Source of the DNA: an uncultured Opitutales bacterium | Lineage (GTDB): Bacteria; Verrucomicrobiota; Verrucomicrobiia; Opitutales; CAYWEO01 | NCBI GenBank assembly: GCA_964457855.1 | Contig: CAYWEO010000004.1 | Location: 4,127-68,126, forward strand | Direction: 5' to 3' | Length of the DNA stretch: 64,000 nt | Shown: positions 1 through 8,030 of the stretch, one piece after another | Numbering within the stretch: the first letter of the stretch is position 1 | Layout: every line of letters starts with the position of its first letter | Program-made: the position numbers and the translations under genes | Notes under the pieces: generated by a model | Database searches by the model: none | Told to the model about the DNA's origin: nothing | What the model saw: only the letters and a program-made list of their open reading frames with translations

Positions 1-158
1 CCCCGTCGAATGGCTTGACGAATGCGGAAGTCGCTTAGGCACGGCGTTTAATAAGTACTTAGCACCGTTAATTTTCGGCGAAGTCGCCTGTGCTTACGAA
101 CAAGGATGGCCAAAATTCGCCAGATTGAACAGTCAAGTCGAAAAACCAGAACCCTTTT

Positions 159-890
159 ATGGAAATAAAACGCAGGGACGGCCGCGCTCCTTCTGAACTA
201 CGGCCGATATCATTTGAACGCGGCATTGCCCCAAACAGCGCCGGGTCCGTTCTCGTCAAATTCGGTAACACGCAGGTCATTTGCGCCGTCACTCTCGAAA
301 AACGAGTCCCCGGCTGGATGATCAGACAGGGTGTCTCAGGAGGCTGGATCACCGCCGAATATTCCCTCCTCCCCTACAGCACGTTCGGCGAACGCAAATC
401 CAGAGAGATTTCAAAGGGCAAGCAAGACGGCCGCACCGTCGAAATCCAGCGCCTCATTGGACGTGCAGTGCGGGCCGTTCTCGATCTCGACAAGATGCCC
501 GGCTACACCCTCTGGATCGACTGCGATGTTCTTCAAGCCGACGGCGGAACTCGCACAGCTGCCATATCCGGCGCTTACGTCGCCGCAAAAATTGCCATCG
601 ATCGCCTCCTCAAACTCCGCGAACTCAAGGCCGATCCCTTCACCGACTCCCTCGCAGCCGTCAGCGTCGGTATTTCCAACAACATCCCCCTCCTCGACCT
701 CAATGCCATCGAAGACCAAGACGCTTCCGTCGATTTCAACGTCGTCATGACCGGCTCCGGCAAATACGTCGAACTCCAGGGCTCCGGCGAACAATCCACC
801 TTCGATGACTCCCAACTCGCCCAAATGCTCTCCATCGCGAAGGGGGGCATTTTAACGATTACGGAAAAGCAAAATGCTGTTTTAGGATAG
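159..890 (+). CDS. rph: Ribonuclease PH
   Basis: 243-aa ORF. RxDGR..ELRP N-terminus and LQADGGTRTAAISGAYVA motif are typical of RNase PH. Length is right for the family. Confidence 0.9.
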   Translation: MEIKRRDGRAPSELRPISFERGIAPNSAGSVLVKFGNTQVICAVTLEKRVPGWMIRQGVSGGWITAEYSLLPYSTFGERKSREISKGKQDGRTVEIQRLIGRAVRAVLDLDKMPGYTLWIDCDVLQADGGTRTAAISGAYVAAKIAIDRLLKLRELKADPFTDSLAAVSVGISNNIPLLDLNAIEDQDASVDFNVVMTGSGKYVELQGSGEQSTFDDSQLAQMLSIAKGGILTITEKQNAVLG

Positions 891-894
891 GTAG

Positions 895-933
895 CCGGGA
901 AACTTTCTTTTCTTCGAAAAGAAAGTTTCCCGG
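895..933. repeat. Family-B hairpin module h1 (possible bidirectional terminator)
   Basis: 18-bp perfect stem ccgggaaactttcttttc / gaaaagaaagtttcccgg with a 3-nt loop. An identical copy lies at 28842-28880. It sits between the convergent rph and DUF167 genes. Confidence 0.8.
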
Positions 934-963
934 AATTCTCCTTTTCCCTGTACCCACCCCCCC

Positions 964-1242
964 TTACTCCAACTGCAACGTCGTTTGCCTTAAAATTACG
1001 ATGCTATTTTGGTTAAGGCAGGGGGCGGAGACGGAGATGCGTTTGATACGGGAGGTGAGGCCAGAGGTGATGCGGATGGCGTTTCTGGGGACGTTGAGGT
1101 CGGTGGCGAGGAGGGAGAGGACGGCGTCATTGGCTTTTCCGTCATTTGGGGGGGCTTTTACGCGGATTTTCAGCCATTCTCCCTGCCAACCTGAAATTTC
1201 GTCTTTACAGGAGCTGGGACTTACCTTTATCTTAAATTGCAT
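964..1242 (-). CDS. DUF167 (YggU-like) small protein
   Basis: 92-aa ORF. The pattern KIRVKAPPNDGKANDAVLSLLA resembles the conserved core of the YggU/DUF167 family. Confidence 0.65.
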   Translation of the reverse strand: MQFKIKVSPSSCKDEISGWQGEWLKIRVKAPPNDGKANDAVLSLLATDLNVPRNAIRITSGLTSRIKRISVSAPCLNQNSIVILRQTTLQLE

Positions 1243-1330
1243 CTACTTATGATCACGGGAAATATTCATTTCGTCAACAGGATCCGTTTATCGGAATTCT
1301 GGGGCCGTGGGGAGTGAGTTCGTTTATTTC

Positions 1331-2659
1331 ATGCAACCTTCTCTTTTAACAGAAACGCGAAAAACGCTTCATTTGGCGGTTCCGATGATTTTGGGGGCGT
1401 TGGGGCAGCTGTTAATTGGCTACACAGACACCTTGATGGTGGGGAGGTTGGGAACCCTTCCGTTAGCGGCTATCGCGTTCGCAAACAATGCAATCAACAC
1501 CATTTTCGTGATCGGCATTGGTATCGGGAGTGCGATTCACGTGCTGATTGCGCAATCCCTAGGATCTCAGAATCCGAAGCGGGGGAGCCTCTTTTTAGGG
1601 CACGGGATCTGGTTGAGCTTCTTCATGTCGCTGCTGCTCTTTTTTTCTGTATTCTTTGGGCGCAATCTGTTGCTACTGCTTGACCAACCGACGTCCGTCA
1701 TCCTGCTGTCAATTCCGTATCTAGTGATCGTAACCTTGTCACTAATGCCTGCCTTTCTGGGGACATGCCTGAAAAACTACCTAGAAGCGTACCAAAATCC
1801 GTGGTTGCCGTTCAAAATTTTGGCCATCGGGATCGTCGCAAACGCCTTTTTGAATTGGTTGCTGATCTTTGGACATTGGGGATTTCCGCGACTCGAACTC
1901 ATTGGCTCGGGGTTTGCGACATTGATCGCGCGCACGCTGATTTTAGTGCTGTTGATTGCAAAAACGACGCGGTTGTTCGACATCAAGACCTTTTTTAAGA
2001 TACGCCTCTTCCCGATCAAACGCATCTTAAGCATCGCCCTCCCATCGGCATTACACATTCTTTTCGATTGGGCGCCCTTCCTGATCATGACATTGATGAT
2101 GGGGTGGATCAACGCGGAATCCATTGCGGCGCACCAAATTGCACTCAGTTACAGCGGTCTGAATTTCGTTGTTCCGTTGGGCTTCAGTTTTGCGTTAACG
2201 ATTCGCATCGGGCACGCGAAAGGCATACAGGATTGGAAAGCGGCCAAAAGGATCGGAACGAGCGGTATTTTAACATGCGGCCTGTATTTGTTGGCGTGCG
2301 CGACCATCGTGATCCTGACGCGCAAAAACTTTCCACTTTTATTTAGCCGAGATCCCGTCGTGATCTCGTTGGCTGGCAGCTTCTTAATGATTGATGCTAT
2401 CTTCCAGTTTTTCGACGGCCTTTCGATTGCTTCCGTATCGTCTTTAAGAGGGCTATCAGACGTAACATTCCCAATGCTAACGACTTTTTTCTTTAACTTA
2501 CTCCCAGGACTTTGCCTATCTTACATCCTCGCTTTCAAATTCCATTTAGGAGGCGTTGGATTATGGTTAGGAGGCGCCATCAGCATCGTGTTTGCTTCGT
2601 TCATCCTTGTGTACCGCTTCTACGCGATTATCAAAAGATGTTTCCCTGTAAGAACTTAG
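1331..2659 (+). CDS. MATE family multidrug/toxin efflux transporter
   Basis: Long multi-pass hydrophobic ORF. The N-terminus (..TRKTLHLAVPMILGALGQLLIGYTDTLMVGRLG) is typical of NorM/MATE. The ATG at 1331 is preferred over the GTG at 1307. Confidence 0.8.
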   Translation: MQPSLLTETRKTLHLAVPMILGALGQLLIGYTDTLMVGRLGTLPLAAIAFANNAINTIFVIGIGIGSAIHVLIAQSLGSQNPKRGSLFLGHGIWLSFFMSLLLFFSVFFGRNLLLLLDQPTSVILLSIPYLVIVTLSLMPAFLGTCLKNYLEAYQNPWLPFKILAIGIVANAFLNWLLIFGHWGFPRLELIGSGFATLIARTLILVLLIAKTTRLFDIKTFFKIRLFPIKRILSIALPSALHILFDWAPFLIMTLMMGWINAESIAAHQIALSYSGLNFVVPLGFSFALTIRIGHAKGIQDWKAAKRIGTSGILTCGLYLLACATIVILTRKNFPLLFSRDPVVISLAGSFLMIDAIFQFFDGLSIASVSSLRGLSDVTFPMLTTFFFNLLPGLCLSYILAFKFHLGGVGLWLGGAISIVFASFILVYRFYAIIKRCFPVRT

Positions 2660-3453
2660 AAGTACAGCGAGAGAGCTCCGCCGACTGAGCACATTTTCCC
2701 GTGTTGGCCGGCTTCGTTGGCAACACTATCGGGCTTACCACCGTCATTGTTGGCGACGTAACGGACACCGAGGCGAACATCCCCCCACCCAGCGAGTAAA
2801 TACACCAGATCGCATTTGCCTCCCCAGTATTTATAGCCATTTTTTCGCCGATTTTCTCCATAAACTCCACCGTAGGCATTCCGAGCAAAAAGCACGCCGG
2901 CGAAAAAACCGGTATCGATGGCCCAATTTTCAAACCCAAATCCCTCCAGCTCAAAGCGATACCCGAAATTGGTTTCCGCACAAAATTGCTGTTTGTCAAA
3001 GTCGTAATAGGCATACGCGCTTGGGAGAAGCGTTAGTTGGGAATCCAATCCCACATACCATTCGCGACTTTGCCCCAAATCTTCCTCATTAACATACGGT
3101 TGCCAATAGTAAGTAAACCCCGAATGGACGTTCATGGATTCGTTCAATTTCCGCATCAAACCAATGGACTGGTCCAGACAATTGCCGTATGTGCTTTCCC
3201 TCCCAATCGGAAAACACCCAAAAAGATTGTACTCCAGGGACCATTCATCGGAAAATTTGTATTTAAAAGCCCAGTTTGTGAGTGTTGCATTTCTTGCACA
3301 TAAAGCACCGCGGTAGGTATATTCAGACTCAAAACCGATACTTGGCGCCAAAGAAACCCTCTTCTCTGGCTCAGGAACCACGACACTATCCACACTCGCG
3401 GGCAATAGGCTAAACAAGCTTACAAGAACGCTATACAGTACACTTTTTTTCAT
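2656..3453 (-). CDS. Putative outer-membrane beta-barrel (porin-like) protein
   Basis: Signal peptide MKKSVLYSVLVSLFSLLPASVDS, an alternating aromatic/Gly-rich sequence and a C-terminal ..GGALSLYF ending in Phe. Confidence 0.5.
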   Translation of the reverse strand: MKKSVLYSVLVSLFSLLPASVDSVVVPEPEKRVSLAPSIGFESEYTYRGALCARNATLTNWAFKYKFSDEWSLEYNLFGCFPIGRESTYGNCLDQSIGLMRKLNESMNVHSGFTYYWQPYVNEEDLGQSREWYVGLDSQLTLLPSAYAYYDFDKQQFCAETNFGYRFELEGFGFENWAIDTGFFAGVLFARNAYGGVYGENRRKNGYKYWGGKCDLVYLLAGWGDVRLGVRYVANNDGGKPDSVANEAGQHGKMCSVGGALSLYF

Positions 3454-3542
3454 CCATTTCTCAATCCGTAGTTTATGATGAGCAAGATCTTCCCAATGTC
3501 AAACCGACAAGAACAAATTTCGCAAATATAAAGATTGCCTTC

Positions 3543-3570
3543 TTGCATGAATGGATAATTTTAGTAGAAT
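3543..3570 (+). promoter_or_regulatory. Candidate sigma70-like promoter upstream of ptsH
   Basis: TTGCAT (3543-3548), a 16-bp spacer, then TAGAAT (3565-3570), about 40 bp upstream of the ptsH start. Pattern match only. Confidence 0.25.
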
Positions 3571-3608
3571 AGCTTACTTGAACTTTAAAAAGTTGGCAAA
3601 ATATTAAC

Positions 3609-3911
3609 GTGAACGCACCCAATCAGAACGTCCAGCAGTCTCTCGTAACTCGCATCATTGTCGTACAGAACAAGATGGGGATTCACGCGCGCCCAGCTGC
3701 CATGATCGTTCGCCTAGCCAACCGCTTCGAAAACACCCACCTCTCCATTGAAAAAGGCTCCATGATTATTAATGGGAAAAGTATCATGAGCGTCATGATG
3801 CTCGCCGCTTCCGAACGCACTCAACTCAAAATGACTGCTATCGGCCCACAAGCCAATGAGTTGCTGGATGACATGGAGGCCCTCTTTGCCTCCAAATTCA
3901 AAGAAAACTGA
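3609..3911 (+). CDS. ptsH: HPr-family phosphocarrier protein
   Basis: GIHARPAAMIV active-site His motif and the INGKSIMSVMML Ser46-type regulatory site. GTG start gives an N-terminus about 12 aa longer than usual. Confidence 0.8.
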   Translation: MNAPNQNVQQSLVTRIIVVQNKMGIHARPAAMIVRLANRFENTHLSIEKGSMIINGKSIMSVMMLAASERTQLKMTAIGPQANELLDDMEALFASKFKEN

Positions 3912-3913
3912 GG

Positions 3914-4045
3914 GGCGCCGTAGCGATTTCGAGCGCTAGGGTTCCGTTACAGAAAAAACCGAACCCCATCACGTACTACAGTACGCTCAGGGGATTCAAT
4001 TTTTCCTGTAGCCGTCCCTATCATCTCGAACTTGCTACGGCGCCT
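3914..4045. repeat. Family-A long palindromic element, copy A1
   Basis: Termini ggcgccgtagcgatttcgagcg / catctcgaacttgctacggcgcc are inverted complements. Conserved apex catcacgtac..agtacgctcagg. Confidence 0.85.
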
Positions 4046-4108
4046 CTCAGTTTGAGGGTAAGATTTGTACATACGGCGCCTCTCAGTTTTGAGGTAAGAT
4101 TTGTACAA
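4037..4108. repeat. 36-bp unit duplicated in tandem
   Basis: acggcgcctctcagtttgagggtaagatttgtacat (4037-4072) is followed by a near-identical unit (4073-4108). The first unit overlaps the right end of A1. Confidence 0.8.
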
Positions 4109-4278
4109 TTTCGGAAAACTTTCTTTTCGAAGAAAAGAAATGTTTTCCGAACCTTTCAAAGAAAAGCGGTATAGGAAGGCATTTTTTGGGCATGAAATGC
4201 CCAAAAAATGCCTTCCGAACAAAGATTTTTTTGGAAAGGGTCCGGGAAAACCACTTTTTGTAAAAAATGGTTTTCCCG
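4109..4278. repeat. Family-B three-hairpin composite, copy B1 (h1-linker-h2-h3)
   Basis: Hairpins at 4109-4150, 4173-4215 and 4241-4278. The same modules occur in the same order at 41890-42057. Confidence 0.85.
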
Positions 4279-4312
4279 GCAGCTCTCGTCCTACTCAAAA
4301 ACGGACCCACGA

Positions 4313-4439
4313 GCGAAATCGCGTCTAGTTTGAGATGACGAGCAGGCGCGCGAAGACTTCAACCCCCGAGCGTACTAACGTACGTGACGGGGTTGAAATT
4401 TGAGCGCAACGAACTCGACGCTCAAACTCGACGCGATTT
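4313..4439. repeat. Family-A element, inverted variant A2
   Basis: Termini aaatcgcgtctagtttgagatgacgagcaggcgcg / gcgcaacgaactcgacgctcaaactcgacgcgattt pair with one mismatch. Apex is cgagcgtactaacgtacgtgacgg. Confidence 0.75.
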
Positions 4440-4891
4440 TAACGATTAATAATCACCGTCGACGCGGGATTATTCTGCGAATTGAGGCGCTGCTGTTCTT
4501 GACGCACACGAGCTCTTTCGAGTTCTAGGCGTTCTTTTTCAAGCTTTAAGCGCTCTTCATCAACATCTTTCTGCAGAGAACCTGCGTATGTCGTCTGGGG
4601 TTGAGGCGGAGGCTGATAGGTGGCCCGAGCAGCGGCGGCGTCAGCAGCAGCGGCCTCTTTCTTCTCCGATTCTTTGCCTATGTAATTGCCACCGGCTGCG
4701 CCGAGAAGACCTCCACCGACGGCTCCCAGAGCCATTCCGGCGTTACCACCGATAGCATGGCCGATAAGACCGCCCCCTATGGCCCCTACGCCGGCACCCC
4801 CGAGAGTCCCTTGGGTTTCGGTACAGCCCGAAAAAGGAATGATTGTGAGTACCGAACCGCAAATTAAAGCGAGTTTCTTTACCGTATGCAT
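4439..4891 (-). CDS. Glycine-zipper lipoprotein with C-terminal coiled coil
   Basis: Lipobox ..IIPFSGC, a Gly-rich GAGVGAIGGGLIGHAIGGNAGMALGAVGGGLLGAAGG segment, then a charged heptad-like LKLEKERLELERARVRQEQQRL. Confidence 0.6.
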   Translation of the reverse strand: MHTVKKLALICGSVLTIIPFSGCTETQGTLGGAGVGAIGGGLIGHAIGGNAGMALGAVGGGLLGAAGGNYIGKESEKKEAAAADAAAARATYQPPPQPQTTYAGSLQKDVDEERLKLEKERLELERARVRQEQQRLNSQNNPASTVIINR

Positions 4892-4997
4892 ATGAAATAA
4901 AATATTAATTGTTAAATAGAACTTTGATTGATAAAGACTTACCTTTTGGCCTATCGTTTCAAAAAGCGAGCAACCTTCCGAAATCCATCGGCCAAAT

Positions 4998-5072
<75 letters not shown>

Positions 5073-5178
5073 ACACTTAAAAACGGATGTATTTAATAAA
5101 ACATAGTCGCACCCATTTTGTCAATCCGGGAAAAATAGTTTTTGAAAAACATCTTCGCTTTCCACCCTCCTATTTTCG

Positions 5179-5466
5179 TTAGTTAACTTTGATCCCCTTT
5201 TCTCTTAGTGACTTCTTCAGTTTTTCCGTCACCTTTGTCTTATACAAACCGATCGTCTTCAACCACTTGCACTTGGCAACCAAACTGTTGACTCCGTCGT
5301 CTGTCACATTATAACAGTAACTGAGGTCCAGCGTCTCTAGCCACTTGCAACCCTCCGCTAAATTCTTTATTCCAGCGTCCGTTATCTTGTAGCAGTAGTA
5401 CAGGTTCAGGTTTGTCATTTCAGGGCAATTCTCTGCTAGGCAGTTAACTCCAGCGTCTGATTTCAT
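5179..5466 (-). CDS. Eukaryote-like cysteine-containing LRR (FBXL/AMN1/RNI-type) protein, or C-terminal part of a frameshifted gene
   Basis: Three consecutive ~26-aa repeats C.x.ITDxG(I/V)xxLAxxCxxLxxLxL. Overlaps the upstream ORF by 23 nt in another frame. Confidence 0.5.
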   Translation of the reverse strand: MKSDAGVNCLAENCPEMTNLNLYYCYKITDAGIKNLAEGCKWLETLDLSYCYNVTDDGVNSLVAKCKWLKTIGLYKTKVTEKLKKSLREKGIKVN

Positions 5467-6781
5467 TCTTGCCCACTGCTATGCCTATTGGTATCCCTGT
5501 TGCTAGTGCCCCTGCTATCCCCCCTACAAACTCCCCAATTAACAAACCAAAAGCCGCTCCTATCGGGCCTCCAACAAGTCCTATTATTCCCCCTGCTCCC
5601 GCACCTACTACGCCGGCGCCTACTGTGCCACTACCTACAGCTCCTCCCAAGATTAGTAGATTCTTTACAAAGAACGCATCTCTACCAAGTTCAGAACGAG
5701 CCTTTGTACTAATTTTTAAACACCTCAACCCTTTGCAGTTCTCCGCCAATGCCTCGATCGCTTCGCTTGACAACCATTTGCAGTCTTGGATATCGACATC
5801 TTTGAGGCCCGGATGCTCCTTCACGTACTTGATGAATTCCTCGTCTCCGATATTTTTTTTAGGTGCGTAAGTTTCTTCAGGTAAGATCTTTGCTTCTAGT
5901 TTTTCTTTCTCGATTTCTTCTAACTTCTTCTTTTCTTCACTCAGTTTATTTTCAAAATTAATCTTGTTCTTGAATATCTTGTTCTCGAATATTTCCTTCT
6001 CTTTCTGAAATCCGTTATCCAATCCCTCAGCTTTTGCTGCAAATATATCATACCCCTTCTCGAAAAACACCTTTGGGTCCTGCATCTTTTCGCACAGCTC
6101 GTTGAAGAACTCCATCAGCTCGCTCGGCTTCTCGTTTTTTGTTTTTATTTGAACGAACTTCTGCAAAATGCTGACCCCCTTACTGTTTTCTTCCTGTAGG
6201 CAGTCTCCTCCCTTCACAATGGGTTCCGTGAGACCCCAGAGGTTTTCAAACCCCTTCATTAGCTTCGCCTCCCCGTTGAACAGAATTTCTATCGCGTGAC
6301 GACCCTCTTGCTTTAGGATCATTTTTTCCCAATCCTCCAGTGCTTTCTTAACCAAACGTTCCGTTTCCTCTTTTTTATTTTCATCGCACTTGAGCAAGTC
6401 CTTATAGACCTTGAAATACTGCCGTTCAGCCGCCAAAATCGCACACATCGCGTTCAGGATGTAACTCGCTGGCGTCTTGTAACTTACAGGTGCTTTGAGC
6501 TCATTTTCTATCTTGTTGATGTTCTGGTTGTTGAGTATGTTGTTGTTAAAGTTGATATTACCGCCCTCTGCAACGCCGTAAATCTTGCACAACTTCCGGA
6601 ACGCTTCCACGCTCCCCTCAATCTTCTTCTCTTCCAAGGACTTCTCTGCCTCCTTCATACCCTCCACCGAGTGGAACCCAGCCACCGCCGTAATCACGCA
6701 CGCAAGCGCAAGCACTTGCGGAAGGTTTCTTGTCTTAAATTTCATATTCATAATATCCGTAATGTTTCCTAAAATGAACAA
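5444..6781 (-). CDS. Secreted or membrane-anchored helical protein with an LRR unit and a C-terminal glycine-zipper segment
   Basis: 445-aa ORF. N-terminal hydrophobic LPQVLALACVITAVAGF, a K/E-rich helical body, DIQDCKWLSSEAIEALAENCKGLRCL, then about 60 aa of G/A/V/I. AT-rich. Confidence 0.55.
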   Translation of the reverse strand: MFILGNITDIMNMKFKTRNLPQVLALACVITAVAGFHSVEGMKEAEKSLEEKKIEGSVEAFRKLCKIYGVAEGGNINFNNNILNNQNINKIENELKAPVSYKTPASYILNAMCAILAAERQYFKVYKDLLKCDENKKEETERLVKKALEDWEKMILKQEGRHAIEILFNGEAKLMKGFENLWGLTEPIVKGGDCLQEENSKGVSILQKFVQIKTKNEKPSELMEFFNELCEKMQDPKVFFEKGYDIFAAKAEGLDNGFQKEKEIFENKIFKNKINFENKLSEEKKKLEEIEKEKLEAKILPEETYAPKKNIGDEEFIKYVKEHPGLKDVDIQDCKWLSSEAIEALAENCKGLRCLKISTKARSELGRDAFFVKNLLILGGAVGSGTVGAGVVGAGAGGIIGLVGGPIGAAFGLLIGEFVGGIAGALATGIPIGIAVGKNEIRRWS

Positions 6782-6956
6782 ACTCGTTCGAAACGAACCA
6801 AGTTTCGCTGTTAGGGAAACTTATTTTTCAATCCTTGTCAAGCGAGGCCCCACTTTTTCTTTGAAAGTTTTCCGAATACTTCAAATTTAAGAGAAATAGT
6901 ATTGATTTTAGTCCTATTGCCGTTACATTTTATCCAATAAAGAACATACTTTTCGT

Positions 6957-7041
6957 GCTTAGGTGGTGAAATTGGTAGACACACACGTTTGAGGGGCGTG
7001 TGCCGCAAGGCATAGGGGTTCGAGTCCCCTCCTGAGCACCA
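6957..7041 (+). tRNA. tRNA-Leu (anticodon GAG)
   Basis: Acceptor stem gcttagg/cctgagc, anticodon loop TTGAGGG, long variable arm, T-arm ggttcgagtcccc, encoded CCA. Confidence 0.85.
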
Positions 7042-7160
7042 AGGTTTGTTTTTTAAGGCATTGGGTCGGCATTTTGTCGTTTTCAATGAATCACTTACAT
7101 TAACTACAAAATCATCATTATCTGAGGTTTTCCCAGAAGGAAAATAAGGAGCATTATTCT

Positions 7161-8012
7161 ATGTCAACGAAAGAATATCAGGATACCATTACTGAATTAT
7201 TTAACGCTAGCGTGCACATCGGGCACCAAAAGCGTCGCGGAAATTCGCTTTTCCACAGGCTGTTTGTCTATAAAAACATCAAGGGGATGTCCATTATCGA
7301 TCTCGAAAAGACCTTTCAGGGATTGCAGGAATCCAGCAACTTTTTAGAAGAGCTTGTCGCGCGCGGCGGCACGGTGTTGTTTGTCGGAACCAAGAAGCAG
7401 GCGCAAGAGATTCTCAAAGAGATCCTTTCCGGAATGGATATGCCGTTCTGCCTAAATTGGTGGCTCGGTGGCTGCTTGACGAATTTCTCAACGATTCAGA
7501 AAAGTTTACGAAAATACGAGCATTTCCTAAAGCTCGAGGCTGAGGGAACTCTCGCCAACATGCACAAGAAGGAAGCTTCCGTCATTCGCCACAAAATGGT
7601 CCGCATGAACCGCAATTTCGAGGGTATTTTGAAGATGCCTCGCTTGCCGGATGCCCTGTTCGTCATTGATGCTCACAAGGAAGCGATTGCTGTTGCTGAG
7701 GCGCGACGTTTGGGAATCCCCGTGGTGGCTATTGCAGACACAAATGCGAACCCCCAGAATATCGATTATCTCATTCCGGGCAACGATGATGCGGTCAAGT
7801 CCATCCGGATTCTGATGTCGTTCATCGTCAACGCGATCCAACGTGGATTAGAGAAACGGGAATCCAAAAAGTTCGAAAAAGAAATTCCCGTCGAAGCGAT
7901 GCACGTCAATGAAGCGATCGGAAATGTCGGTGATGTCTACATTGATCCGGAATTGACGGCTCAGTTGGAGTCAGAAGTGGCCAAAAAAATCGAGCATAAT
8001 TTAAAGAAATAA
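7161..8012 (+). CDS. rpsB: 30S ribosomal protein S2
   Basis: AGGAG RBS upstream. NASVHIGHQ... and the IPVVAIADTNANP motif. Followed by tsf as in the canonical rpsB-tsf operon. Confidence 0.95.
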   Translation: MSTKEYQDTITELFNASVHIGHQKRRGNSLFHRLFVYKNIKGMSIIDLEKTFQGLQESSNFLEELVARGGTVLFVGTKKQAQEILKEILSGMDMPFCLNWWLGGCLTNFSTIQKSLRKYEHFLKLEAEGTLANMHKKEASVIRHKMVRMNRNFEGILKMPRLPDALFVIDAHKEAIAVAEARRLGIPVVAIADTNANPQNIDYLIPGNDDAVKSIRILMSFIVNAIQRGLEKRESKKFEKEIPVEAMHVNEAIGNVGDVYIDPELTAQLESEVAKKIEHNLKK

Positions 8013-8030
8013 AGGAATCCAAGGAATGAT

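Noticed and set aside
4101-4328. Short ORFs inside repeat spacers that share peptides such as KEKRYRKAFFGHEMPKKCLP and GKGPG.PLF.K.GFPG (4101-4328, 4083-4310, 9814-10011, 9895-10086, 41862-42131).
   Set aside because: The similarity comes from the repeated hairpin DNA being read in both strands and several frames. There is no RBS and no consistent start or stop between copies.
3911-4440. Possible CRISPR array, given the many short palindromic repeats.
   Set aside because: There is no regular repeat-spacer periodicity. Adjacent hairpins belong to different modules, copies occur singly at many loci in both orientations, and no cas genes are present in the window.
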